This document shows, one piece after another, positions 50,082 to 63,415 of a stretch of DNA of 64,000 nucleotides. The notes under the pieces were generated by a model, which searched no databases, had not been told where the DNA came from, and worked only from the letters and a program-made list of their open reading frames with translations. Within the stretch, counting starts at the first letter, position 1. Each line of letters starts with the position of its first letter. The stretch spans positions 5,618,724 through 5,682,723 of the forward strand of contig MU054338.1 in the NCBI GenBank assembly GCA_013239625.1, written 5' to 3'. This stretch comes from Lama guanicoe. Its lineage: Eukaryota. The translations under genes and the position numbers were made by a program.

Positions 50082-50419
50082 GTAAGAATCCCCGGGAAGG
50101 AGCCCACATCCGCGTGAGGATGTGGTGCACAACCAGCTCTGCATCACGTCTGTGGTCTACTCTTCAGCCTTCTCCCAGCTGAGCGGCCTCTCTCAGGCAG
50201 CCTCACCCACGTCTAACCATCCCACCCACTCCCCATTCTCTCTGCTACACCGCTTTCTGCCTCCACCCTGGTCCTCAGCCCAATTCCCACTCCACCAGCC
50301 CCCCAGTCCCACTGGGGATGGTGGACACACAGGATAAATTAGAGGGAGGAGTCCTCCAGCTTAGCCTCCCGCCTCCAGTCCTAGACCCATTTACTCTTCC
50401 CCAGGTCCACCAGGCAGCC

Positions 50420-51277
50420 ATGGACCTGGGTCTCTTGGCCCTGCCAGATGTCCCTCAGGGTCGCAGCAAGACCCTGCGGGGAGGGCAGAGCAGGGGCCCG
50501 GCCGTGCGTCAGCAGCGGGAGTTCGTGCCGGAAGAGAAGAAGGACACGGTTTACTGGGAGAAGCGGAGGAAGAACAACGAAGCAGCCAAGAGATCCCGCG
50601 AGAAGCGGCGTCTCAATGATGCTGCCCTTGAGGGCAGGCTGGCCACGCTGCTTGAGGAAAATGCACTGCTTAGGGCTGAGCTGCGTGCGCTCAAGCATCG
50701 CTTTGGCCTCCTGACCCCCATCGGTGGTACCCGGACCCTGCCCGCTCTGCTGTGGGAGTCCCCGTGGACTGGAGACCCCCGCCCTAGGGCTGAACCACTC
50801 CCCTCTCTACCTAGCTCCCATGACTGCTTCTTGAGATCGTGTTCCTTGGACCCTGGGGTTCCAGGATGTTGGGGCTGCCTGGTGGCTCACAGGTGGACTG
50901 GCACTTCCCCCAGGTCCCTCCAGGACCCTGCACCCCCTACCCCCAAGAGAATGGACATGGCCTTGCAGGCTGCTCTCCCTGCCACCTTCTTCAGCTGTCA
51001 TCTCCTTGATAAGTGTGGGGGACCCAGACCAGAGCTGAGACCCTGCTGGGGGCTGTGGTCCCCCATTCCCACTGGCTGCCGGGTCTCAGGGCCCTCAGAT
51101 ATGTTGCTAACACCCAGTGCTGATCCCATGGGGCTGTCTTCTGGGGTGGCCTGCCCTGTCCCAGGGAACCATCTGGAGGATCTGGCTCAGCCCTCTCTGC
51201 CCCACAAATTGCGTATCAAGTCCCAAGCCTCTGGCAGAGTACCTCGAGGCTGGGAGGGTGGCCAGGGCCTCATCTGA
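50420..51277 (+). CDS. NFILZ: NFIL3-like basic leucine zipper transcription factor (285 aa, single coding exon)
   Basis: Strong Kozak GCAGCCATGG, 15 nt after acceptor ttactcttccccag|. NFIL3/PAR-type basic region [35 protein letters not shown], heptad leucines, C-terminal LPHKLRIK motif shared with NFIL3. Located next to ADAMTS10 as I recall for human. Confidence 0.93.
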   Translation: MDLGLLALPDVPQGRSKTLRGGQSRGPAVRQQREFVPEEKKDTVYWEKRRKNNEAAKRSREKRRLNDAALEGRLATLLEENALLRAELRALKHRFGLLTPIGGTRTLPALLWESPWTGDPRPRAEPLPSLPSSHDCFLRSCSLDPGVPGCWGCLVAHRWTGTSPRSLQDPAPPTPKRMDMALQAALPATFFSCHLLDKCGGPRPELRPCWGLWSPIPTGCRVSGPSDMLLTPSADPMGLSSGVACPVPGNHLEDLAQPSLPHKLRIKSQASGRVPRGWEGGQGLI

Positions 51278-51544
51278 GGGCTTCCCCTGGGCAAAGCCAG
51301 GCCTGCAAGGGTGTAGTTGGGATTGATCATGGGTTTGTCTGGAGATACGAGTGGCTTGGCCTTGACCCAGCTCCCAAGACTGGGTAAGGCTTATGGGAAG
51401 CAGGGGGTGGCCTGCCTGAGGGTTGGGTCCACGTCTTAGTATCCAGGCCAGAACTTTAGGAAGAAAGGCTGGGGTACCTTGGATCATACCATGGCCCCCA
51501 TCCTGACAAAAATATTTGTTTTGGGTAATCACTTTTTCTTTCTC

Positions 51545-51990
51545 TTTCCATTCATCCATCCACTCATTAACCCACCCAATCCTTTATCCTTCCACTCATC
51601 TACTCATTTGTCCATCCATCCATCTATCCATCCATCCATCCATCCGTTCATCCTTCCATCTGTTTATCCATCTAACCACTCAGCCATCTATCCACACACT
51701 CATCTGCCTATCAACTCACCCACCCACCCATTCATCCACCCCTCTGTCTATCCTTTCCCTCTTTCCTTTCTTCCATCCATCCACCCAAACACTTACCCAT
51801 GTATCCGCATACCTGCCCACCCATCAACACACCTATCTACCCATCCATTCATCTGTCTTCCCACACGTCCATCCATTGGTCCATTCTTTTATTCAGTCCT
51901 TTACTTACTCATACATTCATCTGCTCAGTTGCTCATCATTCGTTCATTTATTCATTCTCTCACTCATTTATTTATAATTTTTTTGTCCCC
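51545..51990 (+). repeat. Degenerate (CCAT)n / (CATT)n tract
   Basis: Visible tandem ccat/catt. Confidence 0.9.
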
Positions 51991-52569
51991 TCATCCACCT
52001 ACTCATGAATTTCATGCCCCTCCGTCAGTGCCCAGCTTGGTAAAGAGTATGAGGACACTTTCCGGTCTTTGGGGTTCCTGTTCTGGTGATGGTAGTGGGG
52101 GGTTAGGAACAGACACACTGAGGGCCGTTCTGAAGAGGGAGGCAACGTCTCAGGATGTCTGACTCCTCATTTCTTAGGGTCCCCTTGGGGCCCTGCCTAC
52201 TACTCAGTTTGGGGGTCAGACTTAACCCAGTTCAGATGGCTTCCTCTGTGTGTAGGGTCAGAGCTTTGAGCCACTGGAACAGGTCAGCAATATCTGGAGG
52301 AGGTTCAGTTTTCTCTTTCTCCCTGTCTGCTTGTGCCCCTGAGGACCTCTCAGCTGCAGCACACGCACTCCCAAATGGACAGAAGAAAAGACCACTCTGC
52401 AGGGAGGGTCTCCCAGGGACCTTGGAACCCCCATCAAAGCCCCCTCTCTCCTCAGTCTCTCACTCAGGATTTCTTAAAACAAGCAGACAAACATTTCACA
52501 GACTTTGTGAGATTCTGATCTGTCTTTTCATTTTATTTCTGGTGTGTTTTGTGAAACGATCATTTTTAT

Positions 52570-53410
52570 CTATTTTTTAAACTGAAGTTTAGTTGGCTTA
52601 TAATGTTGTGTTAGTTTCTGGTATATGGTATAGTGACTCAGTTATACACATATATTCTTTTTCATATGCTTTTTCATTACAGGTTATTACAAAATATTGA
52701 ATGTAGTTCCCTGTGCTCTACAGTAGGACCTTGTTTTTTATCTATTTTATATATAGTAGTTTATATGCAATAGTTTGTACCTGCTAATCCCAAACTCCTA
52801 ATATATCCCTTCCCCTTCCCCTTTGGCAACCACAAGTTTGTTTTCTATGTCTGTGAGTCTCTTTCTGTTCTGTAAATAAGTTCATTTGTGTCATTTTTTT
52901 TAGATTCCACATATAAGTGAAATCATGTGATATTTGTCTTTGGCTTACTTCACTTTGTATGATAATCTCTAGGTCCATCCATGTTGCTGCAAATGGCATT
53001 ATTTCATTCTTTTTTTATGGCTGAGTAGTATTCCATTGTGTGCGCATGTGCGCCACATCTTCTTTATCCAATCATCTGTTGATGAACATTTCAGTTGCTT
53101 CCACATCCTGGCTATTGTAACTAGTGCTGCTATGAACATTGGGGTGCATGTATCTTTTTGAATTAGAGCTTTCTCCAGATATTTATGCCTAGGATTGGGA
53201 TTGCTGGGTTATATGGTAACTCTATGTTTTTTTTTTTAAAGGAATTTCCATACCTGAACAACAGTTTTAAAATCAGATATTGCCAAATCTATTAATCTTT
53301 TCTTTTATGGTTTGCAAATTTTGGTCCTGTTTAAGAATTCTTTCCTGTCTCAAGGTTATAAAGGTAGTCTCCTAAATGTTCCTATAAATGTTTTCAAGTT
53401 TTGCTTAGCA
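52570..53410 (-). mobile_element. L1 3' fragment
   Basis: Encodes MPFAATWMDLEIII (L1 ORF2 C-terminus) on the minus strand. Confidence 0.88.
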
Positions 53411-53919
53411 CATGTCTTTCTGTCTCTCTCACCCTGTGTCATGAAGTACAATCACTCAAACTTCTTTGATCAAAAGAATCACTTACAAGTGCTTGTTTAA
53501 TTAAGACCTCCTGAATCCAAGCTTTTCAGGAGACAGGCCTTGGAAATTTTTCCTAGCACCCAGGTAATTCTTATAATCAGGCTACTGGAAAAAGCTGGCT
53601 TAGTGGTTAGTGGTTAGTGGTTAGCTGATGGATTTGGGAGCTGGACAAGACCAGCATCTCATCCCGGCTGGGCGATCTTGCTCACATCACTGAGTCTCCC
53701 TTGCTCAACTGTAAATAGGGATTCCAAACATGCACATCCTGCAGAGACTTCTTGGGAAGATTAATTGAGAAGAAGTACATAAGTGGTTTGGCACAGGGCC
53801 TTTTCCTGGGAACTGGATTGTTTTATCATCATGGAGAATGTAACTAACTCTATTTCCCTTTTTGCTTTGGCCACCAGGGAGGTTGAGGCTACACTTACAG
53901 CTCAGTTATAATAACTGTT

Positions 53920-54500
53920 CATGCATTCCTTCATTTAAAAATTCCCTTGCTCATTTAGCAGCTGTTTATTGATTATATACCACGTCCAGGCTCTGGGGAA
54001 AGAGCAATGAACAAAACCAATGTGGTTCCTGCCTCTGTGGTGCTGGCAGCCTAGTGGGGGAGATAGATAAAAAATAAACAAGAAAAATGTTCAGTAGGAT
54101 CAATGACGATAAGTATCATGGGGGGAAAAGAGGTGGGGGCTTGGGAGAGGTAGTGGTGGGTGGGTTATAAGAATTGAAATAAAGAAATCAGGAAGGACCT
54201 TGCTGAGAAGATGACATCTGAGCAGAGACTTGGGGGAGCTATGCATGTATGGGGGAGAGGAGGAAGAGCAATGAGATACAGGCAATGAGAACAGTCTGTG
54301 CAAAGATCCTGAGGCAGGACCATGCCTGGTGAGTTGGAGACACATGGAGGAAGTGCATATGGCTGAGGCTGAGTGATCGAGGGGGACAGTGGGAGGAGGT
54401 GGGGAGAGGGAGGTGATAGGGACAGGTCACGTAGGGCCTGTGGGTTGAGGTGAGGATTCTGGCTTCCTCTCCGAGTGAGATGGGGCTGCCGGGGAGTTTC
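53920..54500. mobile_element. L2 3' fragment (representative; others at ~18.9-19.3, 24.0-24.3, 29.4-29.8, 31.5-31.9, 39.0-39.4, 40.0-40.5, 42.0, 59.1 kb)
   Basis: tttattga...tgacatctgagcagagact...gaacagtctgtgcaaagatcctgagg motifs. Confidence 0.65.
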
Positions 54501-55364
54501 TGAGCATATTTCTGCCGTAACTGTCCCTCTCTCCCCACCCCACTCCATCCTGTGGTGTATGAGGCTGAGTGAAAATAAATAAAGCCACCACTGAAGCACA
54601 GGAGAGCTGGCTCACTGTCTGAGGGGGGGGGGACTGGCCACAGTGTTGCTGTGACTCATCTTCCCATGGGCGGCCACGCACCCCCTGCTCTCAGAGCCAA
54701 GGTGCTCGTCCCATCCCTATTCCCGACCTTTTCTGAGATATGAGGGGCAGAGCAGGTAAGGCTGCTTCCTGAGGTGGGTTCATGGAAGGGAAATGCACGT
54801 GTTCTTCTCTTCTTTTTTATAAAACTGCCTTCCACTAAAATCCATTTTGGACAAGTGTGGGAGGGTGGGCAGAACAATCCTCCTGGTAACAAATTCAACT
54901 GGCATGAAATCCCGTGTCACCAGGTTTGGCAGCGTGTCTCCAACTTGGATGAAGGACGAAGGTGCTGTGGGGGAAAGTCCGTTTGATGTGTTCGTGGCAG
55001 GAACCCTGGTATCTGGGACGGGACCTGTCAAACAGCAGATGTGTGAAACATACTGTCAAATTGAATCTGAAATTTGACAAGGAAGCCAAGGCCATGTTAT
55101 GGGGTGGAGGGAGGGAGACATGTCAAGAGTCAAGGAAGAGAGAGTCACATATTCAGTCACTGACAACTTTCCAGAGAGGATGAAACCATTTCCTTGCCCT
55201 TTGGAGCCCGTGTCTTTGAGAAGAAGGTGGGCAGCCTTTGAGTGAACAAATAGACAATCAGGACTCTGTCAGATGCTGCTTAAGACTGTGACATGAAATG
55301 AAGGGGGCTCGGGCATTGGGAAGCGGGGGAGGTCAGGGAAGGTCCCTTGGAGGAGGTGACATTT

Positions 55365-55680
55365 GAACCTGGAAAACATGAGTGAAAGAAGCCAGTCACC
55401 AAAGGCCATATATTGTATGATTCCGTTTATACAAAATATTCAAAACAGACAAATGCACAGAGACAGAAAGCAGTTTGGTGGTTGCCAGAGGCTGGGGGGA
55501 GGGAAAGTCAGAGTGACTGCTTGATGGGCCCTGGGTTTCCTTTTGGGGGGAATGACAGTATTTTGGAACTGGACAGCAGTGGTGGTATTGCACAGCCTTG
55601 TGAACGCACTAAATGCCTCTGAATTGTTTGCTTTAAAATGTTAATTTTCTGTTTTGTGAATTTCACCTAAATATTTTTAA
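55365..55680 (+). mobile_element. L1MB/MC-type 3' fragment
   Basis: agtgaaagaagccagtcac...tattgtatgattcc. Confidence 0.75.
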
Positions 55681-57252
55681 GTGCCATTGAGTCTGCCAGG
55701 CACAGAGGACAGAGGGGCATCTGAGAGATGGAAAGGAAGAGATTGATCAGGGACCTGGGCACAGAATTCAGAGGGGATGTGGAGGGACGTGGCCCCCTGT
55801 CAGGTCCCCGCCTGGGCACACTACCTGAGGCGGGGGATGGGAGTAGGGGAGCCCCACCAGCCCCGGCTCTGTGGTGTGCCTTGGTGACTGGGGGTGAAAT
55901 GTCTGGTTGGCCTGAGTTGACTCACGTGCACACACACACACACTCTGGCCCGGGTGTGCATCTGTGCCATGACACACGCATGTACACATCTGTGCTGGAA
56001 ACTGTAGGGACATGAAGCACTCATGCACCCGTGTCCTAGAGCCTGGGTATAGGGTGTCCCCCTCAAGTCTCCCCAAGTGCGGCTCCCTACACCTTGAAAC
56101 TCAAAGAGGTGGGGAGGATGGAGGCGAGTGGAGTCCCCTCCCATAAGGCATGAGCCTGGGGTTGCCCCCATCACCCCATCTCTCCCTGCTGCTGTGGGGG
56201 CGTGGGGGCAGCCCCAGCCTCCCCTCCTCCCACCATACTGTAAATTCTGAGAAATGCTGTCCGCGGTTTGGCCCGGTCCCTCCCCCTCCCTCTAGCAGGG
56301 CTGTCCTGGCCACTGTCTTCCTGTCTTGGGGCCTGGGCTGGGGGCGCGAAGCAGCGGAGAAAGACTTGGAGCCACCCCCTCCTAGTCCGGGTCCCCAGAC
56401 AGAGGGGAGAGGGCTCTGTACTACTGAGTCCTTAACCTGGCCCCCCTGAGCCTCAGTTTCCCCTTGTGTAGAATGGAGATAATGATAGTTCTGACCTCAG
56501 GGGGAGACGTGGAGGAGGTAACAGCCTCTGGGTGGTTAGCGCAGCACCTCACAAGTAGGAAGGGCTGACACCTGCTACTAACTATTATAATCCATGTCCT
56601 GCACCTGGCTTTCCCTCTCTCAACCTCCACACCTCTCCACTTGATGTTCCCCTACCCAGAATGCCCTCACTCCTGTCCCCCTGGTTAAACTCAGTAATCA
56701 ATCACATTTCAGTTCCTCAGGGAATAGGGGAGAGCAGTGGGACCAGCTGAATCGGGGAGGCAGGGAGTCAGGATTCGGATCCTGGCTCTGCCAGGGGCAC
56801 GCGGGATGGCTGCACTCAGGTCACAGGGCAGCTCTGTGCCTCAGTTTCCTCTGTCAGGCTCTGATGCTCTGTGGCTCTCAGCCTCCTGATGAACGACACT
56901 CACAGGTACTGTTACCCTATACCCCTGCTCCAAGCTGGCTCTCCCGTCCTGATCCTGGGCCGCCTTCCTGCACTGATTCTTGCTACAAATGGTGAAACTC
57001 TTGGAATTTATTGTGCCGGAGATTTGGGGACTTCCAGAGACCTTGACTCTGTTTCTCACACTTCTGCCCACTCGCCGTCCAAAATGCACCTTAAATCCAC
57101 CTGCTTCCTAACTCTGCCTGTGGCTTGAGCCTCTTCATGGATTCTCCAGATCCATGGGGTGGCCCCAAACCTGTCACATCCTTGCTCTCAGAACCCCATA
57201 GCTCCCTATTGCTCCTAGAGAGAAAAAAAAACCCCAAAGTCCTCCCTGCAGC

Positions 57253-57690
57253 TGTCAATAAAAAATAAATCTGGACTTAGTAAGGAGAACCTTTATTCTA
57301 AAGGATTATTGTAAGGGAGGAGGGAAGGGACTGTTCCACAGGGAGACGCTCTGACTGAGAGCCCAAGAGGGAGGTGAGAGGGCTTTCTTTTTTATAAAGA
57401 GGAATGAACAGGCCAGAAAGGACCAGGCGTAGGGGTGTGGATGCAAGGGCCACATGATGGGACACCCTTTACCCTGGGACCAGCCTGCTCTCGGGAGGAG
57501 CCGTATGCTGGCTCAGAGGACGAGAGTCTAAGTTCAGAGGACTGAAGGAGGGAGAGAAGCTTCACCAAAGTTTGGTTAGCAAGTATTTGTTCCAATCGAT
57601 CGGTGGGGATGGGCAGTTTAGCTAATCGCTTAGGAGGCAATGAGTGGGAATTTGTGAGGGGGCTGGTTCTGTGTCTTGGTCTTGTCATAG
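57253..57690 (-). mobile_element. ERV solo LTR fragment (ERV1/MER34-like)
   Basis: TG...CA bounded; ctggacttagtaaggagaacctttatt and tttataaag motifs. Confidence 0.5.
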
Positions 57691-57705
57691 GTACCCAAGG
57701 AAATC

Positions 57706-58498
57706 TGTATTAGGATTATTCAGAGGGACAGAACCAATAAGATGGATCTATATATCTATCTACCATCCTCTCTCTCTCTCTGTATCTGTGCTCTATATGG
57801 AGAGAGATATTTATCCATCTATATAGTTATGGGTATATAGACAATATCTATATAATATAGGTATCTATAGATCTACACATATAGAAATTTCTATGTCTTA
57901 AAACAGATGTCTATATCTTATATAAATCATCTATATCTTAATGTAGAGACAGCTTAATATATAGCGATCTCTATGTTATATATATCTATAGTATGTGTAT
58001 ATTACATTTTTATATCTGTCTATATTTATCTATTTAGATATAGATCTAGATATCTACTGTAGATCTATTTACCTAGATACGTATCTAAAGCTCGGCATAG
58101 ATATTTATTATAAGGGGTTGTCTTATGTGATTACAGAGGCCAACAAGATACAAGGTCTAGTGGATGAATCGAGCAGGCTGAAGACCCAGGAGGAGCTGAT
58201 GTCTCAGTTCAAGTGCAAAGGGCTCCCCCCACCGCCAAAAGATGCACTCATCAAAGGGCTGTCAGGCGGAGGGCATCTCTTTTACTAGGAGGAATGTCAG
58301 TCTTTTGGTCTAGCCTGCCTTCAACTGATTGGACGAGGCCCACCCACACTCGGCGGAACATTGGCTTCCCTCAGTCTACAGAAGTAAATGTTAACGCACC
58401 CACCAGCAGCCTCACAGACATACCCAGAAGAACATTTGACCAAATATCTGGGCACCCTATGGCCCAGTAAAGTTGACACAGACAATTTAACCATCACA
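57706..58498 (-). mobile_element. MLT2 (ERVL) LTR with expanded TA/TCTA low-complexity tract
   Basis: tgtattagg...acagaaccaata...caactgattggacgaggcccaccc...aagttgacacagacaatttaaccatcaca. Confidence 0.8.
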
Positions 58499-60139
58499 AC
58501 AGGCATCTGTGAGATGCATCAGAGTCATGTGGGAGGGCGGTTCCTTAGAGGAACGTGAAGAGGGAGGGGGGATGCTTACCCTTCACTATTTCCCCAGATC
58601 ACAGAGTTTGGGTAAAGTTTATTATTGTCGTTGCCCTTCAGCGCCTGCACGACCCGCCTCCACCCCCTCCCTTTCTCTCCCTCACTCACTTGACTGTCCT
58701 CTAAACATGTCAAGCTGGTCCTGCCTCCAGGCCTTTACCCTTGAGGTTCCCTCTGCCTGGAATGTGCTCCCCTCGTCTTCTCAGCTCACCTCCCATCACC
58801 CATCACATTGCCCTGTTTAATTTTCTTCAGGGCATTTTTCACCATCGGAAATTATTTTTTTCCATGACATTCTGATCTCAGTTCTTCTGTCTGTTCCTTC
58901 CACTGAGTAGAAAGCTCTCAAATTGTCCTGTGTTGGTTGAGGACCTATGACATGCTAGTTCCTGGATACAGTGGCCAGATACTTCCTGAATGCTGACGTT
59001 GGTCGAGTGGCCCACACTAGAAGGTTCAGTCCTGATACGTGTTAGGCTGAACTGAAGCCTGGTGCTCGTGGGCCTGACCTCCCTGGGTGATCACAAAGTG
59101 CTTTCCAGAGGCGAGATCTGAAGCAGGGATAGGCATTAACTAGGGAAGAGCAGGAGGGAGAAAGTGTTCTGGGTGGAGGGCACAGCTGGTACAAAGATCC
59201 TAAGGTGGAGGGAAAGTGTTGAGTTCCAGGGAACAAAAGAGATATGTGGGAATGAAATGCTGATCACAAAGGGGAATTGTGAATGGGGGGTTAGCAGGGC
59301 TTTGGTCCAGCCTTCAGTGGGATTCTGGGAAAACTGTTCAACCCCAGGGCCATGGGGAGCCATAGAAGGATATAGAGCAGGAGAGGAGTGTGATTAGATT
59401 TGCTTCTTGCAGAAGAGACTCACAGGTTTCCAAGGTGGTGGTGGGGGGTGTGCAGACTGGAAAGGGGAGGGGATGCTGGGTGCCCGTGGTGGGGAAGGGG
59501 GTGGCAAGCTGGGTTGGGGGAGGAGTGAACTGGGGAGAAGGGGATACAAGGGGACTGAGGAACAGGAGGTAAGACTTGCCACCTGAGGGACAACCGCCAA
59601 CCAGGGGTGCTGGGCCCAGCTTTTCCACTCACTACCCAGTGGCTTGGTTAGCTGTGAGTGGGGTTCTGGGAAAATTGATCAGTTCCTAATCATCAACCTA
59701 TCACCTGGTTCAGCAGCCCCCACCCTGCCTTTTTTCCCCAAATCTGGCAGCCGCATCTACAAGTGCAAAGTTTCAGGAGACCCCAGGTGACAACTGGGAA
59801 TGAGGGTATAGGGGTGTGTATTTGTGAGTGTGTGTGTGCCCCCAGAGGCAATGACCTGGGTGTGGAGTGGGCAGCAACTATAGGTGCCCCACTGTGGGTG
59901 GCGATGGGGGTGTTGGTGATTTCCTGGTTTCCATGGGAAGCGGGCTCTGCGGCCAAGGTCTCGAGAGATCTTCTGGCCTCTTCTTCCTGGGCCAGCCATG
60001 CAAACCGTCTCAGCATCTTCCAGCCTCCCGATGTCTTTGTCCGCTCGGCTAGGAGTAGGATGAGGTAAGTAAAGCATTCCCCTGAGCAAATTTAAGGAGA
60101 TGCCCCAAATCTCAGCAATCAAAGTAAATAACACTTCTT

Positions 60140-61025
60140 TTCAAAAAAAATTCAGATATATTTCTCACGTAACACTGTGTCAGTTCAAGATGTACAACAT
60201 GCTAATTTGATACATTTATATATTATGTGACTGCCACTGTAGTGATATTTAACACCTCTATCATGTCCCATGTTATAATTTTTAACAAACTGACATATAG
60301 TTGATTTACAATGTTGTGTTAGTTGCTGGTGTACAGCATAGTGATTCAGTTATACATATATATATTCTTTTTTATATTATTTTTCTATTGTAGGTTATTG
60401 TAAGATATTGAATGTAGTTCCCTGCGCTATACAGTACGACCTTGTTGTTTATCTATTTTATATATAGTAGTTTGTATCTGCAAATCCCAAACTCCTAATT
60501 TATCCCTCCCCGACTCTTCCATTTGCTAACCATCAACTTGTTTTCTGTCATCTGTGAGTCTGTTTCTGTTTTGTAAATAAGTTAATTAGTGTCATTTTTT
60601 TACATTCTGCATAAAAGTGACATAACATGATATTTATCTTTGTCTGACTTACTTCATTTAGTATGATCATCGCTATGTCCATCCATATTGCTGCAAATAG
60701 CATTATTTTGTTCTTTTTTATGGCTGAGTAGTATTCCATTGTGTATATAGACCACATCTTCTTTATTCAGTCATCTGTTGATGGACATAAGTTGTTTCCA
60801 TGTCTTGGCTATTGTAAATAGTGCTGCTGTGAACATTGGGGTGCATATATCTTTTTGGATTAGAGTTTTCTCTGGATATGTGCCCAGGAATGGGATTGCT
60901 GGATCATTTGGTAAGTCTATTTTCAGTTTTTAAAAGAATGTCCATACTGTTTTCCATAGTGGCTGCACCAAATTACATTCCTACCAACAGTGGAAGAGGG
61001 TTCCCTGTTCTCCACACCCTCTCCA
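60140..61025 (-). mobile_element. L1 3' fragments
   Basis: Encodes WSIYTMEYYSAIKKNKIM (L1 ORF2 C-terminus). Confidence 0.88.
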
Positions 61026-62009
61026 GTGATGCTTCACTTTTTGGCCCTGGAACACACGCCTCACCTTGACCCCTATCTGGTCTGTGATTTGCCTGGTGGG
61101 ATGACCCCACCTTCTCTGAATTCTTTCTCCTGTGGGTCCCCTGAGAATAGGGGATCTGGACTGATGGATTCTCTCTCTGCTCAAAACCATGGAGGAGGGT
61201 CTCCAGATTCTGTGGCTAGTGGGCTGGCTAGAGAACTTGTAAAACATTCAAACAATGCATTAATATACAGAGTAAATGCCAAATGGACCCCAGCCCCACC
61301 TTCCAGCCCCAAAGACAACGGCAGTTTGAGATGTGTTCTCTGTACCTCCTGGAGCACCTGTGTGATCTAACTTAATCCTTATAAAGCCTCTTCATGCAGT
61401 GAGCACTGATATACCCTCATCTTACAAGTGTGTTAACTGAGGCTCAGAGAGGTCAGGTCATTTGTCCAAGGTTACACAGCATGTGAAGAGATGTGACTAG
61501 GACCCAGATCTCTGTGATTCTAATGCTAGGAGGAAGAGAGGGAGAGGGACTCTCTGTGAAAGGATTCCTCTTAGCTCACCCATCATTCAGTCATCTAACA
61601 AACATTTATTGGCTGGAACCGTGTGCTCAATGATACCCATGGGGTCTCCACCCTCCCCAAACTCAAGGCTGATGTGGGGAACACCATCCATTGACAAGGA
61701 ATCAAACAAATCAGATGATCACAGCTAGGGAGAGAAAAAAGAAAACAGAGTTACCTGGATGGACCTAAAGTAAATATCCATATTAAAAAAATATACATTC
61801 ACGTGATTCAGAATTCTACTAGCTCATAATGGCAAGCAGTGAGAAGTTTCCTTCTCCCCCTGATGCCCAGGCTTCTTGGTCACCTCCCCAAAGGCATCAT
61901 CAATCCTCCATGAAGGTGATAGCATCCCCAAAGGAGTGAAAATTGGTTTGGGGAATGTGTGCAAAAAAAAAATCTATTTTTATGTATAGAGATGTACATA
62001 GAGTATATA

Positions 62010-62250
62010 AACAAAATTAGGAGTTGGGGATTAACAGATACACACTACTATATATAAAATAGATGAACAACAAGGACCCACTGTATAGCACAGGGAACTA
62101 TATTCAATTTCTTATAATAAACTATAATGGAAAAGAATCTGAAAACATATGTGTACATATGTATGTATATGTATAGCTGAATCACTTTGCTGTACACCTG
62201 AAGCTAAAATTGTCAATGAACTACACTTCAATAAAAAATAAAATAAAAAA
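62010..62250 (+). mobile_element. L1 3' end with A-tail
   Basis: gggattaacagatacacactactatatataaaatag...cttcaataaaaaataaaa. Confidence 0.8.
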
Positions 62251-63415
62251 AGAGTCTATAAACAGATACACAGTAGATCTGTGGTATTGAACTTTTTTAA
62301 TTAAGTAAAAAATGTCTAAAAATGATGGCACCTTAGGGAATAATAATGAAGTACAGCTTGAGAAACTCTGGCCTAGAAGCAGCCACCACTCAGATTTCTT
62401 GTGAGATCTTCTAGAAATATTCTAGGCATTTTCAGGCAAATATCTACATTTCCATTATTCCTGTTTTTACATAAATGGTAACATACCATTGGGGGACTTT
62501 CTTTTCTTTTCTTTTCTTTTTCTTCACTTTAAGTGTATCTTGGCTCATGATCACTCCATGTCAGCGAACACACCTTTCTGGGTCCTTTTTCAGAGCTGCA
62601 TACTATTTCCCTATGTTTCCATGAAATGTAACCAGTTCTCATGGACATTTTGCCACCATAAAGTGCTGCAGTGTACAATGGGTAACTGCATTTACTGTCA
62701 TTCACATAGGAGTGATTGTATCAGAAGGAGAAATTCCTAGAAGTGTGATAGCTGGGTCAGAAAGTGTATGTGTTTCTCATTTAGGTAGATATTACTACTT
62801 ATTCTGCATAGCGGTTGGACCAGTTTCCTTTCTTATCATCAGAGTAAGAGAGTGCCAGTTTCCCCGGAGCCTCACCAACGTGGGGTGTTATCAAATCTTT
62901 CGATCTTTGTCAATCTGATGGGTTCAAAATAGTATTACAGTATAGTTATAATGTTCATTTCTCTTATGAGGTTGCAAATCTTCTCCTGTGGCTAATAACC
63001 GTTTGCTTTTCTTTCTCTGTGAGTTCAAGACTCATATCCTTTGTTAAATTTTCCATGGACTGAATTGTAATATTTTCCTTCTTGATTGTTTCTGAGCCCT
63101 TTATATATTATGGACATTGTCCCTTTGTGTTGTGAGCTATAGTTTATGCCACTTGTCATTTGTCTTTTAAATTTTATTTAATTTATTAAATTAAAAAAAT
63201 TATTTTAAAAATTTTATTTCATTTCTCTTGATATTGTTTGCGTGACTTTTACCTTGTAGATTTTTTTCAATGTTTATATGAAATCAGCTGTTTTTATTTT
63301 TTCTTTTATGGCCTCAGAGCTTTGTGTCATACTGACAAGGAGGGGAACCTTTGGTAAGACAGGAGGTTGGAAGGAGCGTTCTGAATAGAGGAAATAGCAG
63401 GTGCAAAGTCCTGAG

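Noticed and set aside
50318..50419. N-terminal extension of the 319-aa ORF (MVDTQDK...)
   Set aside because: Mostly upstream of a strong acceptor at 50404/50405; the Kozak ATG at 50420 fits the known protein start better
51479..52162. 227-aa HPSI-rich ORF (and 49386-49970 on the minus strand)
   Set aside because: Translation of (CCAT)n simple repeats
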